Origin: an uncultured Eubacteriales bacterium
Lineage (GTDB): Bacteria; Bacillota; Clostridia; Oscillospirales; CAG-272
Reading direction: 5' to 3'
Assembly (NCBI GenBank): GCA_934394585.1
Contig: CAKRQU010000002.1
Location: forward strand, 51,874-115,873
DNA length: 64,000 nt
Numbering within the stretch: position 1 is the stretch's first letter; each line of letters starts with the position of its first letter. The translations under genes were made by a program, and so were the position numbers. Shown piece by piece: positions 1-9,239 of this stretch. The notes below the pieces were generated by a model. That model worked only from the letters and a program-made list of their open reading frames with translations, made no database searches and was not told the origin of the DNA.

Positions 1-23
1 TGTACACTCTTGCGACATATTTC

Positions 24-878
24 ATGCGCGAGCGCTATGATGCGCAGAATATGATAAAAGTTACGGTGCCTTACGAACCGATACACGACTATGTACTGGA
101 TGCGAGAAGCAGAGGCTACAAAATAAGCCACATGGCTGTCGTGCTTGCGGCGTTTATCCGCACGATATCGGAATTTCCCGCGCTGAACAGATTTGTCGTA
201 AACAGTAAAATCTATGCGAGAAACGAGCTTTCCGCGGGAATGGTTGTGCTTCGTCCGGGCGACGCCGATCCTTCCATGAGCAAGATGTATTTCGATCTTT
301 ACGATACGATATTCACCGTAAACGAAAAAGTGGCAAAGTACATAGAGGACAATAACAAATCCTCGAGCCAGAATTCATCCGACGAGCTTTTTGCAAAGCT
401 TCTGCGCTTCCCTCTGCTCGTCCGCATGATAATGGCGATTTATCGCTTCGGCGACAAGCACGGACTCCTTCCGAAAAGCCTGCTCGATGCCAGTCCGTTT
501 CACAATTCGTTTGTAATAACAAACCTCGCCAGCATCAGAACAAATTACATATACCATCATGTTTACGGATTCGGCACCACGAGCATAATTCTTTCCATAG
601 GCACGAATATCGACACGCCGAAAATGAAAAACGGCGAGATAGTGCTCGAAAAGGAAATGCCTTTCGGCATAGTGATGGATGAAAGAATAGCAAACGGCAG
701 CTATTACGCAAACGCCTTTGCAAAAATGCAGAGATATCTGAAAAATCCCGCTCTTCTGGAAACGCCTCCGGAAACGGTGAATGTAGATTACGAATTTGAG
801 GGACTTTCCGAAAAATTCAAAAAAGAAAAAAAGAAAAAGAAAGACAAAAAGAAAAAGACGGAAGAAGAAACCGCCTGA
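24..878 (+). CDS. 2-oxoacid dehydrogenase E2-type acyltransferase catalytic-domain-like protein with Lys-rich tail
   Basis: 284-aa ORF. GIVMDERIANGSYYANAF aligns to the E2 DHRxxDG catalytic motif but has Glu in place of His. The frame is open back to position 3, so the real start may lie upstream of the window. Confidence 0.5.
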   Translation: MRERYDAQNMIKVTVPYEPIHDYVLDARSRGYKISHMAVVLAAFIRTISEFPALNRFVVNSKIYARNELSAGMVVLRPGDADPSMSKMYFDLYDTIFTVNEKVAKYIEDNNKSSSQNSSDELFAKLLRFPLLVRMIMAIYRFGDKHGLLPKSLLDASPFHNSFVITNLASIRTNYIYHHVYGFGTTSIILSIGTNIDTPKMKNGEIVLEKEMPFGIVMDERIANGSYYANAFAKMQRYLKNPALLETPPETVNVDYEFEGLSEKFKKEKKKKKDKKKKTEEETA

Positions 879-898
879 ACCGATCGGAGAAAAAAGGT

Positions 899-1174
899 AT
901 GAAAAACAGCACACGCACGGCATTTACGATAATAATTGCTGTGCTGTTTTTCTGCCTTTTTGCTTTTTCGGCTTTTACTCTGGCTTTTCATGAATGCTCG
1001 GATCTCGGTTGCTGCACGGTATGCAAAACATTCGGCACGTCGCACCACGTTTCGCAATCAGCCGTTTTGGCGGCGGCTGTTTTTGCGCTCGTTTCCGTAT
1101 GCGCGAAAATACGCGTCTGCAAAACGTCCGCGCGTTCATCGCTCGAAAGCCTGAATATAAAGCTTTCGGAATAG
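899..1174 (+). CDS. small hypothetical membrane protein with Cys/His cluster
   Basis: ATG at 899 preceded by AAAAGG. Hydrophobic N-terminal helix, then HECSDLGCCTVCKTFGTSHH, then a second hydrophobic stretch. Sits directly upstream of the zinc transporter genes. Confidence 0.3.
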   Translation: MKNSTRTAFTIIIAVLFFCLFAFSAFTLAFHECSDLGCCTVCKTFGTSHHVSQSAVLAAAVFALVSVCAKIRVCKTSARSSLESLNIKLSE

Positions 1175-1223
1175 ATTTTTTCATAAATCAAACACGCTTT
1201 TACATAAACGGAGGTTAAAATTT

Positions 1224-2165
1224 ATGAAAAAATCCATAAAAATAATCTGTGCGGTGCTTGCGACGGTGATTTTTCTCCTGCCGCTCTGCTCATGCGCGAA
1301 AACAAAAGAAAAAGGCAAAATAAAAATAGTATGCACGGCGCTTTCTCTCTACGATTTCACGCGCGAAATCGCGGGGGATAAGGCGGATATCGTCCTTCTC
1401 ACAAACGGCTCCGCCGATTACCACAGCTACGAGCCCACGGCGTCCGATATTCTGGAGATATCCGATTGCGATATTTTCGTATATATCGGCGGGGCGAGCG
1501 AAAAATGGGTGGACAAAGCCATTTCCGCTTCCGAAAACAATGCCGCAGTAAAGGTCTGCGCCATGTCTTTTACAGAAACGATCCCCGTCGGCGGTCACGA
1601 CGAGCATAAAGACGAACATGAGCACGATGAGGACGAAGCCGACGAGCATGTATGGACTTCTCTTTCAAATGCCGTGAAAATCGCAGGCAAAATAGGCGAA
1701 GCCGTCTGCAAAGCAGATCCCGCAAACGAAAGCTTTTACAAAGAAAATCTTTCCGCCTACGAAGAAAAACTGACGGCGCTCGATGCCGAATACAGAAAAT
1801 GCATTGAGGAAAGCCCGCTTCGCGAGCTTGTTTTCGCGGACAGATTTCCTTTTGCATACCTTGCAAAAGATTACGGCATAGAATGCCACGCGGCTTTCAG
1901 CGGATGCTCATCCGAATCGGAAGCAAGTTTTGAAGTAATAGCCTCTCTGATAGACGAGGTGAAAAGCAAAAAGCTCCCCGCCGTCATCATGATAGAGGGA
2001 AGCAAAGGCGATATAGCCGATACCGTATGCAAAGCCACCGGCGTGAAAAAGCTCGTGATGGATTCGTGTCAGAGCTCATCGCCAGAATCCATGCAAAAAG
2101 GCGACATATACTACTCCGCCATGGTGAAAAATCTCGCCGTTTTAAAGGAGGCACTCGGAAATTGA
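1224..2165 (+). CDS. znuA: metal (zinc-type) ABC transporter substrate-binding lipoprotein
   Basis: GGAGG RBS. Lipobox LPLCSC. Acidic His-rich loop GGHDEHKDEHEHDEDEADEH, typical of ZnuA/AdcA cluster-9 binding proteins. Confidence 0.8.
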   Translation: MKKSIKIICAVLATVIFLLPLCSCAKTKEKGKIKIVCTALSLYDFTREIAGDKADIVLLTNGSADYHSYEPTASDILEISDCDIFVYIGGASEKWVDKAISASENNAAVKVCAMSFTETIPVGGHDEHKDEHEHDEDEADEHVWTSLSNAVKIAGKIGEAVCKADPANESFYKENLSAYEEKLTALDAEYRKCIEESPLRELVFADRFPFAYLAKDYGIECHAAFSGCSSESEASFEVIASLIDEVKSKKLPAVIMIEGSKGDIADTVCKATGVKKLVMDSCQSSSPESMQKGDIYYSAMVKNLAVLKEALGN

Positions 2166-2845
2166 AATTGATAGAAGTAAAAAATCTGCGTCTTGCCTAT
2201 GACGGCGTGACGGTGCTGGACAATGTGAATTTCGATGTGGAAAGCGGCGATTATCTTTGCATAGTCGGCGAAAACGGTTCCGGAAAAAGCACGCTCATGC
2301 GCGCCCTTCTGGGACTGAAATCTGTTTCCGACGGTGAAATAGTGATGAGCAGGATAAAAAGCGCCGATATAGGTTATCTCCCGCAGAGAATAAACACGCG
2401 GCGCGATTTTCCCGCCTCCGTATACGAGGTGGTTATATCGGGATGCCGCGGGAAATCACTTTTTCATAATGCGTCGGATAAAAAAACAGCTATGGAAAAT
2501 ATAGCTCGCACCGGTCTTTCGGGAATGGAAAAGCGATGCTTTTCGGAGCTTTCCGGCGGTCAGGCTCAGCGCGTGCTCCTCGCCCGTGCGCTCTGTGCCG
2601 CAAAATCCATGATACTGCTCGATGAACCCGTGGCAGGGCTTGACCCCGACGCCACTGCCGAAATGTATTCCTGCATAGAAAAGCTGAATAAAGAAGGCAT
2701 AACCGTGATGATGATATCCCACGATATTGCTTCCGTAATGAAGTACGCGACGAAAATACTCCATATCGGAAACAATACATCTTTCTTTTGCGGCAAAGAG
2801 AAATATATAGAATATATTGAAAAGGCGGGAGGGGAAAGAAAATGA
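2162..2845 (+). CDS. znuC: metal ABC transporter ATP-binding protein
   Basis: Walker A GENGSGKST, signature LSGGQ, Walker B ILLDEP. Likely TTG start at 2162 overlapping the znuA stop (TTGA). The ORF-track start at 2027 lies inside znuA. Confidence 0.8.
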   Translation: MKLIEVKNLRLAYDGVTVLDNVNFDVESGDYLCIVGENGSGKSTLMRALLGLKSVSDGEIVMSRIKSADIGYLPQRINTRRDFPASVYEVVISGCRGKSLFHNASDKKTAMENIARTGLSGMEKRCFSELSGGQAQRVLLARALCAAKSMILLDEPVAGLDPDATAEMYSCIEKLNKEGITVMMISHDIASVMKYATKILHIGNNTSFFCGKEKYIEYIEKAGGERK

Positions 2846-3678
2846 ATATATTTGAAAAAATAGCGTATTATTTTTCGTTTTCCTTTACGCGGTATGCAGT
2901 GATAGCGGGTCTGCTTGTCGCGGTTTGCTCCTCGCTCATCGGCGTCAGCCTTGTTCTGAAACGTTATTCCATGATAGGCGACGGACTTTCCCATGTGGCT
3001 TTCGGTGCCATGGCGATAGCCTCCGTTTTCAGCCTCGCGCCGATGGCGGCAGCCATGCCCGTAACGATTGCCGCCGCGGTATTTCTGCTACGTGCAAAAG
3101 GCAGATTCAAAGGAGAAACCTCCATCGCGCTCATATCGGTTTCCGCGCTGGCGATAGGATATCTCATAATGAATATATTCCCGTCCTCGTCAAATACGGC
3201 TTCCGACGTGTGCACCACGCTTTTCGGTTCCACTTCCATTCTCACGCTCACCCGCTCGGAAGTATGGTTGTGCGTCGGTCTTTCTCTTGCCGTGGTAATA
3301 TTTTTCACCGTATTTTACAATAAAATATTTGCGATAACATTCGATGAGGAATTTGCGCGCGCCTCCGGCATGCCCACGGGCATTTACGATACGGCTTTTG
3401 CCGTGGTGATAGCCGTAGTGATAGTGCTTTCCATGAGCCTCGTGGGCGCGCTTCTCGTTTCCGCGCTGATAATCTTCCCCGCCATGACGGCAATGCAGAT
3501 ATTCAAAAGCTTCCGCAGCGTCACGATATGCGCAGTAGTCGTATCCGTTTCGTGCGCCGCGCTCGGGCTTATCGTCGCCATTCTCTACGGCACGCCGGTA
3601 GGCTCCACCATAGTCGCGGCGGATCTAATCCTGCTCATTGTATTTACCGTGATAGGAAAAATAAGGAGGCGCGCATGA
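2842..3678 (+). CDS. znuB: metal ABC transporter permease (ABC-3 family)
   Basis: 278-aa polytopic membrane protein. ATGA overlap with the upstream ATPase gene. Typical znuACB gene order. Confidence 0.8.
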   Translation: MNIFEKIAYYFSFSFTRYAVIAGLLVAVCSSLIGVSLVLKRYSMIGDGLSHVAFGAMAIASVFSLAPMAAAMPVTIAAAVFLLRAKGRFKGETSIALISVSALAIGYLIMNIFPSSSNTASDVCTTLFGSTSILTLTRSEVWLCVGLSLAVVIFFTVFYNKIFAITFDEEFARASGMPTGIYDTAFAVVIAVVIVLSMSLVGALLVSALIIFPAMTAMQIFKSFRSVTICAVVVSVSCAALGLIVAILYGTPVGSTIVAADLILLIVFTVIGKIRRRA

Positions 3679-4076
3679 AAAAAGTACTTTCTTTCATCTT
3701 TGCCGTGCTTATCTGCATTTTTCTCGTTTCGTGCGGCGGAGAAAAATCCGATATAGATCTGACAAAAATGAATGCCGCCATGCGGTATGCCACCGTGCTT
3801 TCCATGACGGAAAATCCGGAGGTTTATCTCGGAAGGACTGTCCTCATTTCAGGTAAATATATAAAAAATTATTACGAGCCGACCGAAAAATATTATCATT
3901 TCGTTTCCGGCTATGACGATACGGGTTGCTGCACATGGGGATATGAATTCATACTCGATGAAAATCTCTTTTCTTATCCCGAAGAAAATTCCAATGTCAC
4001 ACTCCGCGGGACCATACGCCAATATACGGAGCATGACGCAGTCTATTACTATATAGATGTGGATACGCTGAAATAA
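3675..4076 (+). CDS. hypothetical lipoprotein
   Basis: Internal ATG at 3675 overlaps the znuB stop (ATGA). Signal peptide with lipobox LVSCGG. No recognisable catalytic motif. Confidence 0.5.
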   Translation: MKKVLSFIFAVLICIFLVSCGGEKSDIDLTKMNAAMRYATVLSMTENPEVYLGRTVLISGKYIKNYYEPTEKYYHFVSGYDDTGCCTWGYEFILDENLFSYPEENSNVTLRGTIRQYTEHDAVYYYIDVDTLK

Positions 4077-4081
4077 AAAAT

Positions 4082-4110
4082 AAAAACCGCGAAAGCGGTT
4101 TTTATTTTTT
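4082..4110. terminator. bidirectional intrinsic terminator
   Basis: AAAAACCGC-GAAA-GCGGTTTTT hairpin flanked by A and T runs, between convergent genes. Confidence 0.7.
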
Positions 4111-4691
4111 TATTCGTCTTTTATATAGCCCTTTGCCACATTGTCGGCTATTATTTTCTCCACATAAGGATATATCGCAGGCAGTCCTTCCTTTACTACG
4201 GCTACGCGCCTGTATACGGCGGATTTCGTGACGCCGTTTTTCATCCAAGTAAATCCGTCGTTCAGCGCATTTGAGAGGAAAGGCTGAACTTTGTCGAGCG
4301 ACGCCGCATATTTTGCTTCGTTTGTCTGCTCTGCGTCAAATTCTTCCCAGAGCGCACGGAGCGGCTCCGCCTCTGGGCAAATCACAAAAAGCTTGTCCGC
4401 GGCTGCCTTTTCCCTTTCCGCCTTGTCCGCATAACCCACAGTATCGTATGCGAATGTATCGCCCGCATAAATTTCCACGAGATCGTGCACGAGAGTCATT
4501 TTCAGCACCTTTTCCATATTTATCGGAAACGGCGCATACTTTTCGAAAAGAACAGCCATGATGGCGAGATGCCATGAATGCTCCGCATCGTTTTCCCTGC
4601 GCGAGCCGTCGTATATGAGCGAGCGTCGCAGGACTGTTTTCATTTTATCAGCTTCTATTATAAAATCAAATACTTTTGATATATCGTCCAT
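4110..4691 (-). CDS. HD-domain phosphohydrolase (YfbR-like 5'-nucleotidase family)
   Basis: Motifs AEHSWHLA and LVHDLVEIYAGDT give the H...HD...D metal-binding pattern. Confidence 0.7.
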   Translation of the reverse strand: MDDISKVFDFIIEADKMKTVLRRSLIYDGSRRENDAEHSWHLAIMAVLFEKYAPFPINMEKVLKMTLVHDLVEIYAGDTFAYDTVGYADKAEREKAAADKLFVICPEAEPLRALWEEFDAEQTNEAKYAASLDKVQPFLSNALNDGFTWMKNGVTKSAVYRRVAVVKEGLPAIYPYVEKIIADNVAKGYIKDE

Positions 4692-4759
4692 TTCAAAAGC
4701 CCCCGAAAAATTTTATATTAAAGCCCGATGCAATGCGCAATCGGGCTTTATTTGCATAA

Positions 4760-5614
4760 TCAGACTCCCGAATAAGCGGAGAAACCGCCGTCCACTGGAA
4801 CCACTATTCCGTTTACAAAGCCTGCCGCGCCTTCGTCGCAAAGCCAGAGCAATGTTCCCACGAGATCACTCGGCTCTCCGAATTTCTCCATGGGCGTATT
4901 GCGTAGGATTTTGTGGCTTCTTTCCGTATAGCTGCCGTCGGGATTGGTGAGAAGAGTTCTGTTCTGATCGGTAAGGAAAAATCCGGGCGCTATCGCATTT
5001 ACGCGTATGCCCACTTTGGAAAAGTGAACGGCAAGCCACTGCGTGAAATTGGAAACAGCCGCCTTTGCTCCTGAATAAGCGGGAATTTTTGTGAGGGGCG
5101 TGAATGCATTCATGCTGGAAATATTCACTATGCAGCAGCCCTTCTTTTCAGCCATATCGCGTGCAAATGTCTGCGTGGGCATGAGTGTTCCGAGAAAATT
5201 GAGATTGAAAACAAATTCCACTCCCTTGGGGTCGAGATCGAAAAATGTGACAGCATCGCCCGCGCCTTTCAGATCTTCGGGGAAAAGATATTCTTTTGTG
5301 GTGGTGCCCTTCGGATTGTTTCCGCCGGCTCCGTTGAGAAGTATATCGCATGTGCCGAGCTTTTCGGTTATCAGCGCTCTTGCTTTTTCGAGACTTTCCC
5401 TGTCGAGCACATTTGCGCATACTGCGATGGCTGTGCCGCCCTCTGCCGTTATCGCGTCGGCAACTTTCTGCGCCGCTTCAAGACGCAGATCGCAAACGGC
5501 AACTTTTGCTCCGCAAGCGGCAAGCGCCTGCGCAAATTCCGAGCAAAGTATGCCTCCGCCACCCGTAACCACGGCCACTTTATCTTTCAGATCAATTTTA
5601 AAAGGCAATTTCAT
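4760..5614 (-). CDS. SDR-family oxidoreductase
   Basis: Rossmann motif VTGGGGILC, NGAG, and a YSGAK active-site motif (YxxxK). Confidence 0.75.
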   Translation of the reverse strand: MKLPFKIDLKDKVAVVTGGGGILCSEFAQALAACGAKVAVCDLRLEAAQKVADAITAEGGTAIAVCANVLDRESLEKARALITEKLGTCDILLNGAGGNNPKGTTTKEYLFPEDLKGAGDAVTFFDLDPKGVEFVFNLNFLGTLMPTQTFARDMAEKKGCCIVNISSMNAFTPLTKIPAYSGAKAAVSNFTQWLAVHFSKVGIRVNAIAPGFFLTDQNRTLLTNPDGSYTERSHKILRNTPMEKFGEPSDLVGTLLWLCDEGAAGFVNGIVVPVDGGFSAYSGV

Positions 5615-5688
5615 AATTTTATCTCCTTTCGGCGAAAGCCGATTATTTACATTTATATATTACACCTGTTTTTGTCCAAAGTCAATAG

Positions 5689-6339
5689 TCAGAGCGTATC
5701 AACAAGCTCGCCGAATTCTTTTGCGCTGTTTACGATATACTGCGCGCCCGTTTGCGCGAGAATATCGGCGGGACGATATCCCCAGCTTGCGCCCACGGTA
5801 ATAAATCCCGCGTTTCTGCCCGTTTTCATATCCACGTCGGAATCGCCTATATAAACGATTTCATCGGGTCTGCATCCCAGCGCGGCGGTCAGCGCAAAAG
5901 CGCTTGCGGGATCCGGCTTTCCGGGAAATTCCGGCCTTTTGCCCCACGGCTCGTCTATCATACCGGGGAAAAATTTATCGCATATAATTTTTACATTGCA
6001 ATCGTCTTTATTTGAAAGCACGGCTGTTTTCTTTCCGTCGGCTCTCAGTTTGCAGAGCAGCTCCGGTATGCCGTCGTAAGGTCTGGTCTTGTCCACCAGA
6101 TGATTTTTGTAGTGGTCCATATAAATATCCACGGCGCGCTTCTTTTCCTCCTCGGAAGGAAGCTGCTCCATGCACATTTTTATAAATTCGGGCGTGGAAA
6201 GATTTATCGCGCGCAAAACCTCCGCTTCCGTTATCGGCGGCAAACCGTATACGGCGCGTACCTCCGATATCGTGATGAGCAAATCGGGCATGGTATTTGT
6301 CAGAGTCCCGTCCAGATCGAAAATCACTGCTTTTATCAT
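5689..6339 (-). CDS. HAD-family hydrolase (phosphoglycolate phosphatase-like)
   Basis: N-terminal DxDGT motif (FDLDGTL), SNK, and GDSDVD motif IV. Confidence 0.75.
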   Translation of the reverse strand: MIKAVIFDLDGTLTNTMPDLLITISEVRAVYGLPPITEAEVLRAINLSTPEFIKMCMEQLPSEEEKKRAVDIYMDHYKNHLVDKTRPYDGIPELLCKLRADGKKTAVLSNKDDCNVKIICDKFFPGMIDEPWGKRPEFPGKPDPASAFALTAALGCRPDEIVYIGDSDVDMKTGRNAGFITVGASWGYRPADILAQTGAQYIVNSAKEFGELVDTL

Positions 6340-6519
6340 AATATATTATTCTCCCGTAAAACCGTTTTTTCTCAATTCACTATTTTAGCAGGAATTTTCT
6401 ATTTTGTCTATAGTAAAATGAAAATTCCGCTCACATTTCGTTGACTTTAGGCGAAATATATGTTATTCTATTAAAGTAAAATATAAAATCAGTGCAATTT
6501 GCGTAAAAGGAAAAAATAT

Positions 6520-7188
6520 ATGGAAAATAATTCTTTTGTAAAAGTTTACGTCGCGGATTATTCATCGTTTGATGATGAATTTCTCGCTTCTCATATCGGT
6601 GAAATCTCGGACGAGCGACGGGCACGCATAGAGAAAGCAGCCCGCGCGACGACAAAATATCAGCTTCTCGCATCGGGGCTTCTTGCAAAAAAGGCTCTAT
6701 TTGCGACATTCGGCATCGAAAATCCTTCATTTAAATGCAATGAGTACGGAAAACCTTATGTCGAGGGGCATGAAGATTGCTTTTTCAATATATCCCACAG
6801 CGAGGGAAAAATAGTATGCGCGGTTTCATCGGTGCAGTGCGGCACGGATATAGAAAAAATCGCGGCGCCCGCGCAGATGGATATGATAGCGGGAAAATTT
6901 TTCACCGTATATGAGCGCAATGCCATACTCCTCTCCGCAAATCCCGTGGAAGCCTTTGTCCGCCTCTGGACCCTGCGAGAAGCTTATGTAAAAATGCGCG
7001 GCAAGGGATTTGATATCCCGCTCGCTTCTCTTTCCTGCGTTTTTCCTCACGGGAAAGCGCATGTATTCGAATACGGCAAAGTATGCGAGGACGCATTTTT
7101 CCATGAAATACGCGATATTTACGGTTATCGCGCCTCTGTCTGCACGCTCGGCGAAACGGATTTTTCCATGGAAAAAACAGAGCTGTAA
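6520..7188 (+). CDS. 4'-phosphopantetheinyl transferase (Sfp type)
   Basis: FNISHSEG, GTDIEKI and WTLREAYVKMRGKG motifs. ATG at 6520 chosen over the upstream alternative at 6499. Confidence 0.75.
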   Translation: MENNSFVKVYVADYSSFDDEFLASHIGEISDERRARIEKAARATTKYQLLASGLLAKKALFATFGIENPSFKCNEYGKPYVEGHEDCFFNISHSEGKIVCAVSSVQCGTDIEKIAAPAQMDMIAGKFFTVYERNAILLSANPVEAFVRLWTLREAYVKMRGKGFDIPLASLSCVFPHGKAHVFEYGKVCEDAFFHEIRDIYGYRASVCTLGETDFSMEKTEL

Positions 7189-7216
7189 ATCAACCGCTTT
7201 TTATAACACATATAAA

Positions 7217-7246
7217 ATAAAATCACCGCCATGGCGGTGATTTTAT
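7217..7246. terminator. bidirectional intrinsic terminator
   Basis: AAAATCACCGCC/ATGGCGGTGATTTT palindrome between the convergent PPTase and ACP genes. Confidence 0.7.
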
Positions 7247-7259
7247 TTTATGTAATATT

Positions 7260-7493
7260 TTACTGCTGATTATTCTCTATATAGCGGACTATATCGCCCA
7301 CTGTTTTGAAGCCGACAATATCCTCATCGGAAATTATTATACCGTAATCCTGCTCTATATTCATGAGCATTTCAACTATGTCGAGAGAATCCGCTCCGAG
7401 ATCCTCCATAATATTTGTTTCTTCCGTGATGGAATCGATATCTACTCTGAGCTGCTTTGAGAGTATATCTTTTACAGATTCAAGCGCTGTCAT
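7260..7493 (-). CDS. acyl carrier protein
   Basis: 77 aa from the internal ATG at 7493 (GAAAGGA RBS). Phosphopantetheine attachment motif LGADSLD. Confidence 0.75.
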   Translation of the reverse strand: MTALESVKDILSKQLRVDIDSITEETNIMEDLGADSLDIVEMLMNIEQDYGIIISDEDIVGFKTVGDIVRYIENNQQ

Positions 7494-7591
7494 TGTTTTT
7501 TTTCCTTTCTGTAGGGTATTTTCTACTATTATAATACGTGCAATCGGAATTTGCAATACCATTTTCAAAAAAATTCCCGATTTTTTGGTGT

Positions 7592-8131
7592 TTATTTTTC
7601 GTCGCCGTAAAGCTCGGAAAGATATTCCCTGCGGATATTGCCGAAAACAAATTTCATGCTTTGCAGAAATTCCTCATTGGCTTCGAAAATAAGCTCGGTT
7701 TTCCTGCCGTTGAAATCGAGTATGAAAGCATACGGATTTTCGGGAAATATCGTGCGGCAGTAATTGAAGCGCGTGCGCACGTCGGGATGTTCTTTTTTGT
7801 ATTTGTCCTTTTCCTCTGCGGTTTTCGGATATTTTACTATTTCTATTCCCGTCTTCATCGAAACATTGCAGACCGTACTTATTTTTCCTCTCGTGCCCAT
7901 GGATCTGAAAACCACGAAATTTCCGTCCTCTACCGCATAAGTATAAACGGAAAGCGTATATCTGCACAAAATGAAAAGCGCCGCGCCGAGAAAAATCACT
8001 CCCGCCGCCTGTATCAGTCCCGCATAGTAGCGGCTGAGCGCAGAAAGGATAAAAAATATCACGGATGCCGCAAAAAGCAGGATGGCGATATTATCGGCTT
8101 TTGAATTTTTCGGCGGAGTGTATTTGTACAT
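7592..8131 (-). CDS. hypothetical membrane protein
   Basis: 179 aa. Two N-terminal hydrophobic helices followed by a soluble domain. No motif recognised. Confidence 0.4.
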   Translation of the reverse strand: MYKYTPPKNSKADNIAILLFAASVIFFILSALSRYYAGLIQAAGVIFLGAALFILCRYTLSVYTYAVEDGNFVVFRSMGTRGKISTVCNVSMKTGIEIVKYPKTAEEKDKYKKEHPDVRTRFNYCRTIFPENPYAFILDFNGRKTELIFEANEEFLQSMKFVFGNIRREYLSELYGDEK

Positions 8132-8222
8132 TTGGCTTTACCTCTTTATTTTTATTTTCGCTGTGACATTTGGCATGCTTATTTCATAATATAGATTAAA
8201 AACACCAAAAGGAGTGATTTTT

Positions 8223-8450
8223 ATGGAAATCAATCGCAAAACCATTGACGGGCTTCTCAGCCTCGACGATAAAACTCTCGCCGAAAAGGCGGAAAAAGTG
8301 GCACGTGCCGCAGGTCTTGGCGGGAATATACCCGACATAACAAAAATGCGCGCCATGCTTTCATCTGTGAGCGATGAAGACCTTCACCGCCTCGTTTCGG
8401 CGCTCGGCAAGGAACGCACGGAAAAAATGATACGTGAAATACAGGGGTGA
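8223..8450 (+). CDS. small hypothetical protein
   Basis: AAAGGAG RBS 8 nt upstream of ATG 8223. First of three tightly packed small ORFs. Confidence 0.35.
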   Translation: MEINRKTIDGLLSLDDKTLAEKAEKVARAAGLGGNIPDITKMRAMLSSVSDEDLHRLVSALGKERTEKMIREIQG

Positions 8451-8851
8451 GTGATTTGGCAAACGATTTTTCCGATAAACTGGATGCCGTTCTTTCAAAT
8501 CCCGAAATGATGGCGCAGATAAAGCGCCTCGCCGATACTATGACGGGAGCCGCCCAAGGCACCGACGAAAATGCAACTTCGCCCCCGCAAAAGGAAGGCG
8601 AAAAAGCCGACGCTCAAGCTGAAAGCGCGACAGTCGCCCCGGATATAACGGAAGCCGTATCCGCCATAGCTGCGCTGACAGGCGGCGACAGGCGCAGTAT
8701 ACGCGGCAGAGGAGCGCCGAGGAGAAATATGGCTCACAGCAAAGCGCTGCTTCTCGCCCTGAAACCGTATCTCGATGAAAAAAGATGTGAAAAAATAGAT
8801 AAACTGCTGAAAATGATGCAGCTTGCCGAAATGGCAGGATATTTTATGTAA
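8447..8851 (+). CDS. hypothetical protein
   Basis: GTG start overlaps the preceding stop (GTGA). Acidic, low-complexity middle and a conserved-looking C-terminal helix LLLALKPYLDEKRCEKIDKLL. Confidence 0.35.
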   Translation: MSDLANDFSDKLDAVLSNPEMMAQIKRLADTMTGAAQGTDENATSPPQKEGEKADAQAESATVAPDITEAVSAIAALTGGDRRSIRGRGAPRRNMAHSKALLLALKPYLDEKRCEKIDKLLKMMQLAEMAGYFM

Positions 8852-9239
8852 GGAGGCGATTTTTATTTACAGCAAAAATTACGGAAAAATACCAGACAAA
8901 CCCGATGAAGCGCCTCCCGTGCAGAAACGGGAATTCGCTTCCCCGCCGCCCGATTACGGCGGAAGCCTTTTCGATATGTCAAAGCCTTGCGAGGAGGCGT
9001 GTGAGCCGCAAAAATGTCCTCCGCCGCCCGAAGCAAAATGCTGCGAAAATATTCTGCGCGAAAAGCCTCCGGCGCCGAAATGCGAAAATCCCTGCGACGA
9101 AAACAAATCCGCGGGACTGCTCGGCAAAATATCAGCGGAAGATATACTTCTTTTCGGAGCGGCGCTTTTCCTGCTTTTTTCAAAGGATAATGACAATCTC
9201 ATCATCCTCGCGCTGCTCGTGCTTGTTATAATGATATGA
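8823..9239 (+). CDS. hypothetical Cys/Pro-rich protein with C-terminal membrane anchor
   Basis: CEEACEPQKCPPPPEAKCCEN region and a hydrophobic C-terminus. Start uncertain: a strong AGGAGG at about 8852 suggests a later, possibly non-canonical, start. Confidence 0.3.
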   Translation: MPKWQDILCKEAIFIYSKNYGKIPDKPDEAPPVQKREFASPPPDYGGSLFDMSKPCEEACEPQKCPPPPEAKCCENILREKPPAPKCENPCDENKSAGLLGKISAEDILLFGAALFLLFSKDNDNLIILALLVLVIMI

